64,000 nucleotides of DNA, taken from contig JAEOTO010000031.1 of NCBI GenBank assembly GCA_016839805.1, positions 32,001 through 96,000 on the forward strand, read 5' to 3'. Under the pieces are notes generated by a model, which was given only the letters and a program-made list of their open reading frames with translations, did not search any database and was not told the origin of the DNA. Of this stretch, positions 56,073 to 64,000 are shown in pieces. The position numbers and the translations under genes are program-made. Origin of the DNA: Candidatus Hermodarchaeota archaeon (GTDB lineage Archaea > Asgardarchaeota > Hermodarchaeia > Hermodarchaeales > Hermodarchaeaceae). Each line of letters begins with the position of its first letter. Position 1 is the stretch's first letter.

Positions 56073-57449
56073 GTGAAGAAAAAGACATCACTGATCTCTA
56101 TTATGTTCCTGCTTAGCGTTCTTATTATCCAACCTCTCCTAGTTCCGACATTGAACATGCTAGGAGGACCAGGCATTAGGTTGACACCTGAGGACAATTT
56201 ACGAGCACCACCAGTTCCACAAGGTTCATCAGAGTGGATCGATGTATCCTTAGAAGTTGAGTATTCCTATGATGACACAGCGACCATTTCCTGGACTGGT
56301 CGCCCCGCCACAGGTCCATCATCGCCATTTAATCCACTTTATAATTGGACTAAATCAGGTTCAATTGAAGGGGGGATATATGACGAGAATCCTGGTAATG
56401 CCACCATTATCGCCATTCCCTGGGATAATCTGACAACAGCAGCTGAAGTGGCAGATTTTCTTAACTATACAATGGAAAATTACGTCCGATATACGAGCTG
56501 GCCCTCGCTTAGTATTTTTAACTTTACTGAATACGAGAATACGACTCTGTGGGTGTTCAATGACACGATTGCTTCACATCTAGAATTTTTCAACACCACG
56601 TTATATCATGTTGTTAATGCAACAGCCTATCTTGTCAATGGTTTTAATGCCACAGGTATTATCGCAGCAATGACCGAATACCGGATTTATTTGGAATGGT
56701 TTGAGGCTCAACCTATTGCGGAAGTTACCTTCTCGTATACTATTGAGAATGCAAGTCTTCTAGCCGGGGACATCTACAACTTCAGCCTTGGACGAGCAAT
56801 GGGTCTTATGGCTCCCCTAAACTTGACTGGTTCTGGAAGCCTGACCATTAGGGGACCCTATAACCGTATGATCACCGATGGTTCACCTGCTTCTGCCTTT
56901 GTGAATAAGATTTTCCCCTACTTTCCGATTGGGGATGAGATATACGATTTCAATGAGACGGAACAAGAATTTGATTATAATGTCTGGTATAAGGAACCGA
57001 TCTCAGATATTTCCATATCACGAGAAGTCACTCCTACTGGTCTTAATCGGGGTGGTTTAATCGCTGTGACAATCACCGTGATTAATACCGGGGATGTTCC
57101 CTTTGCTGAAATTATTGTCGGAGATGTTATTGCTATTGAAACGGGAATGTTTCAGTTAGTCAGTGGAACGGCATCCATTCGCGTTTTTAACCTGGAGCCA
57201 GGAGCAAACATTACCCTGGAATATACGGCGATTGCACTGGTCACGGGAGTCTATGACTATCCTGCCGTTCAAGTTGCTGGCATTGATATGTTCTCGAACC
57301 AATTTACATTCACGTCAACCAGCCAATCACTTACTATTGGCAATGGTCTCACCCCCAATGAGATTGTACTCATCCAAATCGCAGTTGCCCTCATCATTAT
57401 TGTTGTCGTGCTCCTTGTGCTGTATCGATTCCGACGTCGAATCTTCTAA
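56073..57449 (+). CDS. Surface glycoprotein with C-terminal TRAP-beta/DUF11-like Ig domain and TM anchor
   Basis: Signal peptide, 15 N-x-S/T sequons, VTITVINTG...LEPGANITLEY, terminal TM plus RFRRR. Confidence 0.8.
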   Translation: MKKKTSLISIMFLLSVLIIQPLLVPTLNMLGGPGIRLTPEDNLRAPPVPQGSSEWIDVSLEVEYSYDDTATISWTGRPATGPSSPFNPLYNWTKSGSIEGGIYDENPGNATIIAIPWDNLTTAAEVADFLNYTMENYVRYTSWPSLSIFNFTEYENTTLWVFNDTIASHLEFFNTTLYHVVNATAYLVNGFNATGIIAAMTEYRIYLEWFEAQPIAEVTFSYTIENASLLAGDIYNFSLGRAMGLMAPLNLTGSGSLTIRGPYNRMITDGSPASAFVNKIFPYFPIGDEIYDFNETEQEFDYNVWYKEPISDISISREVTPTGLNRGGLIAVTITVINTGDVPFAEIIVGDVIAIETGMFQLVSGTASIRVFNLEPGANITLEYTAIALVTGVYDYPAVQVAGIDMFSNQFTFTSTSQSLTIGNGLTPNEIVLIQIAVALIIIVVVLLVLYRFRRRIF

Positions 57450-57576
57450 CCCAATAATAACACAACACTACCAACCTGTAAATTCAATAAGAACCTTGGA
57501 GAGTTTACCATTGAAACATGGTTGGGCAAACTCCTAAAAGCAAAGAGCCATAACATCCTAAGGGCGGTCATGTGAG

Positions 57577-58929
57577 ATGCCAAAAGACGAACCTGCAGGT
57601 TATTTAGGTGAAGCTCAGAAAACCCTTAATCGGGTGAAAGCGAAAATCGGTGATCGGATTCGAGTTTCAACTACGGAAAATATCTTCGAAGGAATCGTTA
57701 TCCCTCGTGCAGAAATTGGGGCAGATGACCAGCATATCATCATTAAACTGGATTCAGGGTATAATATCGGTATCCATGTCAACAACATCCAAAAGATCGA
57801 ACGAGTAGCCCCAGGAAGGAAGGCACAGCCAGAACTTCCTCCAATAACCCGTAAAACAAAGAAAGGATTACCATGGGCGAGTATCCTAAGTACAGGCGGG
57901 ACAATTGCAAGTCGTGTTGATTATCAAACCGGAGCTGTAAATCCCGCATTAACAGCAGACGACCTCTATACAGTAGTCCCCGAGCTGGGTAATCTTGCAA
58001 ACATCCGTGCTGAAGTGCTCTTTAGCGTCTTTAGTGAAAATCTCTTGCCTAGCCATTGGACTACAATGGCGGAACAGATTGCAAAACATCTTGATGAATC
58101 AGAAGGTGTAGTCATTCCCCATGGTACGGATACCCTCGGCTATACAGCCGCCGCCTTAAGTTTTGCCTTACAGAATCTTCCGGGTCCAGTGATATTGACT
58201 GGTTCTCAGCGTTCATCAGATCGACCCTCATCAGATGCCGCGCTGAATCTAACAGCTGCGGTTATTATAGCGGTGCAAGGACCGATTGCAGAAGTAATAA
58301 TTGCTATGCATCGTTACCCCGATGACACAAGCATAGCTCTCTATCCAGGTACCCAAGTTCGTAAATGTCATACCAGTCGGCGAGATGCGTTCAAACCTAT
58401 TAACGCAGATCTTCTTGGGGAAGTAAAAAATGGGCAGGTCTACATACTCGTTGACGAGAACTCTTATCTTCATCGAGATAAGACGCGCCAGATACGTCTT
58501 CAGCCAGAATTTGATCCAAAAGTTGCATTAATCAAAACCACTCCGGGGTTGATGGGAGAACGAATTGATGTGCTAATTGACCAGGGCTACCATGGCATTG
58601 TGATTGAGGGAACCGGGCTGGGCCATGCTCCTGAAGCAATCTTTGAAGCAATTGAAAGGGCACAATCGGAACAGATCCCTGTTGTTATGACATCCCAATG
58701 TATTTGGGGTCGGGTACAAATGCGGGTTTACCGTACTGGCGTAGAACTAGTTCAACGGGGAGTTATCCCCGGAGAAGACATGATCGCTGAGACAGCTTTT
58801 GTAAAACTCATGTGGGTTCTAGCCCAAACTCGGGATTCCACTGAAGTTCAAAAGCGAATGTTAACACCAATTGCTGGAGAAATTACCGAGTGTTCAAAAC
58901 GGAGTCAGTATGAAGAGTTGAGCCCTTAA
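57577..58929 (+). CDS. gatD: Glu-tRNA(Gln) amidotransferase subunit D
   Basis: KLDSGYNIG, TGGTIASRVDY, HGTDT, GSQRSSDRPSSD, HTSRRDAF. Confidence 0.97.
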   Translation: MPKDEPAGYLGEAQKTLNRVKAKIGDRIRVSTTENIFEGIVIPRAEIGADDQHIIIKLDSGYNIGIHVNNIQKIERVAPGRKAQPELPPITRKTKKGLPWASILSTGGTIASRVDYQTGAVNPALTADDLYTVVPELGNLANIRAEVLFSVFSENLLPSHWTTMAEQIAKHLDESEGVVIPHGTDTLGYTAAALSFALQNLPGPVILTGSQRSSDRPSSDAALNLTAAVIIAVQGPIAEVIIAMHRYPDDTSIALYPGTQVRKCHTSRRDAFKPINADLLGEVKNGQVYILVDENSYLHRDKTRQIRLQPEFDPKVALIKTTPGLMGERIDVLIDQGYHGIVIEGTGLGHAPEAIFEAIERAQSEQIPVVMTSQCIWGRVQMRVYRTGVELVQRGVIPGEDMIAETAFVKLMWVLAQTRDSTEVQKRMLTPIAGEITECSKRSQYEELSP

Positions 58930-60839
58930 TGACCAAGATCGACTATGAAAAAGTTGGAGCGTTAATTGGTATTGAAGTCCACCAGCAGCTCGATACTAAG
59001 ACTAAGCTCTTTTGCAGCTGTCCGACTAAAATTCGCGAAGATGAACCACATTTTACATTTCTCCGTCGGTTACGTCCCACTCAAAGTGAATTAGGTGAAG
59101 TTGATCCCGCAGCTTTATTTGAATTTCACAAGGGACGAGTTCACATCTATGAGAATTACAACGATAGTATTTGCCTCGTCGAACAAGATGAAGAACCGCC
59201 CCATCTTCTCGACAAGGAAGCTGTGAATTTTGCCCTTGAAATCGCATTGCTCATGAACGCACAACCTGTCGATGAGATTCAAATCATGCGGAAATTGGTG
59301 ATTGACGGAAGCAATACCACTGGATTTCAACGCAGTGTAGTAGTAGCCTTCGGGGGAGCAATTCAAGTAAATGGGTTAGAGGTTCCAATACAGACAATTG
59401 GTGTCGAAGAGGATGCAGCTAGGAAAATCCGCGAAGAGGGAGCTAGAACTTATTGGCGGTTAGATCGGTTAGGAATACCCTTGATTGAAGTTGCCACAGC
59501 TCCTGTTATGAAAACACCAGAACAAGTGCAAGCGACTGCTCTTCGAATTGGTCAAATCTTTCGAGTCACCGGTAAGGTCAAACGAGGGCTAGGAACCATT
59601 CGTCAAGACATTAATGTTTCAATTAAAGACGGGGCAATAATTGAGATTAAGGGTGTTCAGAAACTCAATCTCATTGGACAAGTAGTAAAGTACGAAGTGC
59701 AACGCCAAGTCGAACTCTTGAAGTTACGAGATGAATTGAAAAAACGTGGGGTTCGTGCCAGCAAAATAACAAAAAGGGTTCACGAAGTAACCTCCCTATT
59801 CAAGAAAAGCACAAGCAAAGTCATTAAAGCAGCATTGAAACGCAAGGAGGGTGTATTCGCCCTTATGCTTCCAGGTTTTGCAAGTTTAGTAGGTAAAGAA
59901 CTTCAACCTGGTCGCCGATTGGGGAGTGAATTCGCAGATTATGCCCAGTTTTGGGGTGGAGTGAAAGGAGTTTTCCATACGGATGAACTGCCCAAGTACG
60001 GAATTACCACAAACGATGTTGAAAATTTACGAAAACATTTACAGGCTAAGAAAGCGGATGCGATCATTATTGTTGCTGCGACCAAGACAGCTGCTACTGA
60101 AGCGCTAAAAGCTGTTGGTGACCGTGCTCGTCAGTCATTGAAGGGAGTTCCTGCTGAAACACGAGGTCCACTTGCGGATGGAACAACACGATATTCACGT
60201 CCTCGTCCTGGTGCCGCTCGGATGTACCCAGAGACGGATGTCGCTCCTGTGTCTGTAACAGTAGAACATCTTGATCAGATACGAAAACAGTTACCCGAGT
60301 TACCGGAAGAGAAAATACACAAGTTCCAAGAAGAGTATCAACTCAGCGAAGAACTAGCCCAAATTATGATCCGCTCCTTACGTATAGACCTCTTTGAAGC
60401 AATCACCAAGCAGCATCCTGAATTAGCAGTGATTATTGCTTCAACTCTCGAAACTCTATGGAGGAATCTTGAAAGAGAGGAAATCGCAGTTGATGACATT
60501 TCAGAGCAGCAGATAGTCCTCCTTTTTGATAGACTAGCTCAAAACCAATTTGCAAAGGAGGCTATTCCTGAACTATTAACCTGGCTAGCGAATAACCCTG
60601 ATGGTGCGGTAGATGATGGAATAGAAGCTTTGGGATTGGGTGTGATCTCTCAAAAAGAACTTGAAGCTATTGTCTCAAAAATTGTGAAAGCAAACAAGGA
60701 GATGATTGCTGAACGTGGTGAACGGGCAATGGGACCCCTGATGGGAAAGGTCATGAATGAGGTACGAGGTCGAGCAGATGGAAAACTTGTGAACGAGCTC
60801 CTTCGTTCAGCAATTCGAACGCAGCTTGAACCACAATAG
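58929..60839 (+). CDS. gatE: Glu-tRNA(Gln) amidotransferase subunit E
   Basis: GIEVHQQL, KLFCSCP, DGSNTTGFQR, RPRPGAARMYPETD, LMGKVM. Confidence 0.97.
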   Translation: MTKIDYEKVGALIGIEVHQQLDTKTKLFCSCPTKIREDEPHFTFLRRLRPTQSELGEVDPAALFEFHKGRVHIYENYNDSICLVEQDEEPPHLLDKEAVNFALEIALLMNAQPVDEIQIMRKLVIDGSNTTGFQRSVVVAFGGAIQVNGLEVPIQTIGVEEDAARKIREEGARTYWRLDRLGIPLIEVATAPVMKTPEQVQATALRIGQIFRVTGKVKRGLGTIRQDINVSIKDGAIIEIKGVQKLNLIGQVVKYEVQRQVELLKLRDELKKRGVRASKITKRVHEVTSLFKKSTSKVIKAALKRKEGVFALMLPGFASLVGKELQPGRRLGSEFADYAQFWGGVKGVFHTDELPKYGITTNDVENLRKHLQAKKADAIIIVAATKTAATEALKAVGDRARQSLKGVPAETRGPLADGTTRYSRPRPGAARMYPETDVAPVSVTVEHLDQIRKQLPELPEEKIHKFQEEYQLSEELAQIMIRSLRIDLFEAITKQHPELAVIIASTLETLWRNLEREEIAVDDISEQQIVLLFDRLAQNQFAKEAIPELLTWLANNPDGAVDDGIEALGLGVISQKELEAIVSKIVKANKEMIAERGERAMGPLMGKVMNEVRGRADGKLVNELLRSAIRTQLEPQ

Positions 60840-60854
60840 CGTTTAATACTCTTC

Positions 60855-61466
60855 TCAGTAGGCACCAATTAACAAGCATATCAGTGCCGTGATGAGCCCA
60901 ACTATTACTATGCGAAGCCCACCCGCCAATATATTCGTCTTAGCAATTCGACCCATCCAGACCCCCAAAAGAAAGAGAAAAACCAGTGTGATACTCACAG
61001 AAATAAAACCTGCAAATAAAAAATCCCAGGGAAACAACATCAATGGAATCAGTGGAAGAATGGCTGCAGGTAAAGGAGCGATACCATGAATGAAAGATGC
61101 CCAACCTGTGGCAAAGCGGACAGCTGAATCTACCATACATCCATCCATCGGACGTTGCATTTGCTGTTCCAAGTACTGAATCTCTTTTTTACGTTCCACT
61201 CGTTCTGCCTCATATGCACCCCATCCACTAGATAATGCTAGACCAACAGCTGCGCTTAAACCTGCCCTGACCAATATATCAAGTTCAGAAGGATTTACTA
61301 GCACGCCAAATAACATGGCTCCAGCGAGAGCAGCCAGGACAATAGCAACAATGGTCAAAGCACCATCAAATGCTCCAATAACAATATACCGACGAGTAAG
61401 AGCGCCTAGTTCTGTTATTTGCCAGTACATTCTCAAACGTTCTTGTAAACTAAGTTGGTTCGCCAT
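60855..61466 (-). CDS. VIT1/CCC1-family transporter
   Basis: RRYIVIGAFDGALT, GAYEAERVE, five TMs. Confidence 0.85.
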   Translation of the reverse strand: MANQLSLQERLRMYWQITELGALTRRYIVIGAFDGALTIVAIVLAALAGAMLFGVLVNPSELDILVRAGLSAAVGLALSSGWGAYEAERVERKKEIQYLEQQMQRPMDGCMVDSAVRFATGWASFIHGIAPLPAAILPLIPLMLFPWDFLFAGFISVSITLVFLFLLGVWMGRIAKTNILAGGLRIVIVGLITALICLLIGAY

Positions 61467-61582
61467 TCGTCACAACCTAACCCTTCGTTCACGAGGTTAT
61501 TACATAAAATCGAATAACAGAGATATGTGCCTAGATACCCAAAAAGGTCACGTTATTAGTTTACAGAGAAGGGTAATTGGCA

Positions 61583-63091
61583 TTATTTCTGCTTGGATGG
61601 ATGGAGAAAAGAAGGTATTTTCTTGAGAGAGTGCCGTGTTTGACTAGCACTATCACGATTACGAATAGTAGCGGTATCATCATCTAGAGTTTGTGGGTCA
61701 ATAGTAACTGCCTTGGGTATGCCAATTTCATCAGCCCGTGCATAACGACGTCCGATTCGCCCGCGGTCATCATAAAGAACAGCTAATCCCATCTTCCGAC
61801 TTTTTTCGTAGATTTCTTTCGCAACTTCTTCGAGTTCAGGACGATTGAGTAATGGCAGGATTACAGCATGGTATGGAGCTAAATTGGGAGGGAACTGAAA
61901 CCAAGACCATCCTCGGCTCTTATCTTTTGGGCGATAAGTATGCTCTAAAATGGCATAGAGGATACGATCAATTCCGAAAGAGGGTTCGACAACATGAGGG
62001 GTTATTTTTTCACCTTCTACTTCGATGCTCAACTCTTTTTGACTACCCTTCATGTGGGATTGAAGGTCGTGATCTCGGCGATAGGCATTACCAATCACTT
62101 CCTTCCAGCCAAAGCTGAACTGGATTTCCAAATCAAAGTTGCCCCCACTGTAATGAGGAGTTTCTTCTGGGCGCATATGACGAAATCGTATGATTTCTGC
62201 TGGTATTCCAAGCTGTTGAAAAAAGATCATTTCATCACCGAGTATACTTGCCATCCATTGGTTTGGTACAAATTGCTTTTCGAATGCTTCTTTAACAGTA
62301 AGTTGAGTCGAGGAATAATCAGTACTTGATTTTTCAGCAGCTTTGTTTTGTTCTTCACGAGTAACCAGGTTAATGGAAACGTTAGAGACCATATCAAAGA
62401 AAGGGCACTCATTCAAAGATCGAGGATCAATGAAATACTCAATTTCCATTTGGTTAAATTCTCGCACACGAACGATACTTTGACGAGGTGAAATCTCATT
62501 CCGGTAGGACCGACCAATTTGGGCGACACCAAATGGTAATTTTGCCCGCATGGCGGTTTGAACACGCTTAAAACCTAAAAAAATATTCTGGGCTGTTTCC
62601 GGTCGGAGAAAGGCTTGTCTACGGTCACCGCCTACATTAGTACCAAACATGAGCCCAAAACTTTTCACACCCCGCAAAGGCTCTCCACAAACGGGACATC
62701 GGATTTTGTGTTCCATGACTAAGTTAGCAAGTTCATCATTTGACTTCCCTTCGGCGGGTATCTTAAGTAGCTCTTCAATCAATTGGTCGATTCGAGTCAC
62801 ATGACCTTTCGAACATTCAGCAGATGGATCTGTGAAGTGATCAAGGTGTCCCGATGCTTTAAACACTTGACTGGGCAGAATTGTATTACCACTAATCTCA
62901 TAAACATAATCACGCGCTTCTACGAATTGAGTTTTCCAGAGATGGATCAGATTATTTCGAATCCGCGTTCCTATGGGACCAAAATCATAGAAACCAGCTA
63001 AGCCGCCATAAATTTCGGCACTGGGGTAGAGGATTCCACGTCTTAGTGAAACCGTCATTACCTCTTCAAGAAGCGATCGTGGCATATTCAT
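61583..63091 (-). CDS. glyS: Glycine--tRNA ligase (archaeal/eukaryotic type)
   Basis: IYGG, ASGH, LRPETAQ, RNEISPR, REFNQME, VEPSFGIDR, IGRRYARADEIG. Confidence 0.97.
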   Translation of the reverse strand: MNMPRSLLEEVMTVSLRRGILYPSAEIYGGLAGFYDFGPIGTRIRNNLIHLWKTQFVEARDYVYEISGNTILPSQVFKASGHLDHFTDPSAECSKGHVTRIDQLIEELLKIPAEGKSNDELANLVMEHKIRCPVCGEPLRGVKSFGLMFGTNVGGDRRQAFLRPETAQNIFLGFKRVQTAMRAKLPFGVAQIGRSYRNEISPRQSIVRVREFNQMEIEYFIDPRSLNECPFFDMVSNVSINLVTREEQNKAAEKSSTDYSSTQLTVKEAFEKQFVPNQWMASILGDEMIFFQQLGIPAEIIRFRHMRPEETPHYSGGNFDLEIQFSFGWKEVIGNAYRRDHDLQSHMKGSQKELSIEVEGEKITPHVVEPSFGIDRILYAILEHTYRPKDKSRGWSWFQFPPNLAPYHAVILPLLNRPELEEVAKEIYEKSRKMGLAVLYDDRGRIGRRYARADEIGIPKAVTIDPQTLDDDTATIRNRDSASQTRHSLKKIPSFLHPSKQK

Positions 63092-63289
63092 TCAACACCG
63101 GATTAGTTTTTTAGCCCTTTATTATAGGCTGTTGAGCCCATTTCATGCTTTATGCCTTTCTGAAACAGTCCGATGTATGAGAGAGGGTGACGAAACATTT
63201 TAAGCATGATGTGTGAGTGGTTAATTACTGCCCAGCGCAGAGATGTAGTTATTACGCTTTCATATTAGTGGGAAAGGTGTAATTCCGAA

Positions 63290-63997
63290 ATGTCACAGGA
63301 CGAATTTGGTCAAATGTACTGGAACGGTGTACGAGATGCGTTACGCATGGTGCAAACGTTCCAATTCTGGAAAGAAAAGAATCCGAACGAGGAACGAACG
63401 ATCGAAACTTTTGTAACTGATGCCCTTGAGGCCGTTCGCCAGAAATGTGCGCCCTGTCTCAAGGAAATCCTCGGTGTCACTTTTGGTGAAGGAGAAATTA
63501 CCACGGAAGATATCCTTCCCGGTCTTCAAGAGATTGCACCAGAGACTACAGAGATGCCTGAACCAGCACCCGAACCCGTGCCAGAGCCAGAACCGGAACC
63601 AATTCCGAAGCCAGAACCAGAAGTTACCCCACCACCAGTCCCTCCAGTCCCAGAGCCTGCTGAAATTCCAGAGCCAGTACCTGAACCGATTGAAGAACCA
63701 CCAACTCCGGATGTCTTTCTAGCGCCTGAAGAATCCGCAGCACCTGAACCAGCCCCAGAACCAGAACCCGCCTTCGAACCAGCACCCGAATTTGAAATCC
63801 CAACTGTGCCTGAACCAGCAAGCGAACCAGCACCCGAATTTGAAATCCCAACTGTGCCTGAACCAGCAAGCGAACCAGAACCCGCCTTTGAAGCACCATC
63901 TGAGCCACCACCACCAGTACCAGCTACACCAGCTACAACTGAAGAAGCTGCGGAAGACGAGGAAGAGAAGCCCAAACGCCGAACCTTCTTCTTCTAG
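63290..63997 (+). CDS. Hypothetical protein: small helical N-domain, Pro/Glu-rich linker, KPKRRTFFF tail
   Basis: AGGTG RBS; YWNGVRDALRMV, CAPC; PE repeats. Confidence 0.8.
   Translation: MSQDEFGQMYWNGVRDALRMVQTFQFWKEKNPNEERTIETFVTDALEAVRQKCAPCLKEILGVTFGEGEITTEDILPGLQEIAPETTEMPEPAPEPVPEPEPEPIPKPEPEVTPPPVPPVPEPAEIPEPVPEPIEEPPTPDVFLAPEESAAPEPAPEPEPAFEPAPEFEIPTVPEPASEPAPEFEIPTVPEPASEPEPAFEAPSEPPPPVPATPATTEEAAEDEEEKPKRRTFFF
63775..63878 (+). repeat. Perfect 48-bp in-frame tandem repeat (EPAPEFEIPTVPEPAS) x2 plus 8 bp
   Basis: CGAACCAG at 63775, 63823 and 63871 with identical intervening sequence. Confidence 0.9.
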
Positions 63998-64000
63998 ATC

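Noticed and set aside
63526-63975. Gly/Ser-rich antisense ORF
   Set aside because: Shadow of the Pro/Glu repeat codons.

Overview
Chromosomal segment of an archaeon. Evidence: GatD/GatE, archaeal-type GlyRS, RadA/FEN1/Hef, AfpA, a SAMP/MoaD, GGTGA/GGAG ribosome-binding sites and TTWAAA TATA boxes. The many divergent paralogs, the compact 7TM protein and the TRAP-beta-like glycoprotein suggest an Asgard lineage (inference). About 60 CDSs are present. 0-11.5 kb is a DNA-repair-flavoured region: a RadA paralog co-oriented with a HExxH membrane protease, an 810-aa TM/HEPN-like/thioredoxin-like protein and surface proteins, plus a divergent FEN1 paralog and a nuclease-less Hef. It is followed by cofactor, transport and lipid genes, a decayed corA and a split MgtE pair. 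A YoaD/YoaC-like kinase-aldolase-AOR operon sits between nfnA and nfnB. A putative glutamate-metabolism regulatory module follows (dead KaiC-like ATPase, N-terminally extended GDH, RHH-V4R regulator with 21-bp-phased TGTACA boxes, Pat-type acetyltransferase), then tRNA-Arg(TCT) and translation genes. The most striking non-coding features are a stand-alone TnpB-type omega/reRNA (53.35-53.49 kb, minus strand) with its own TATA box and no adjacent tnpB, and a candidate ~130-nt structured RNA upstream of a GH3 gene. All calls come from motif reading only; no searches were run.
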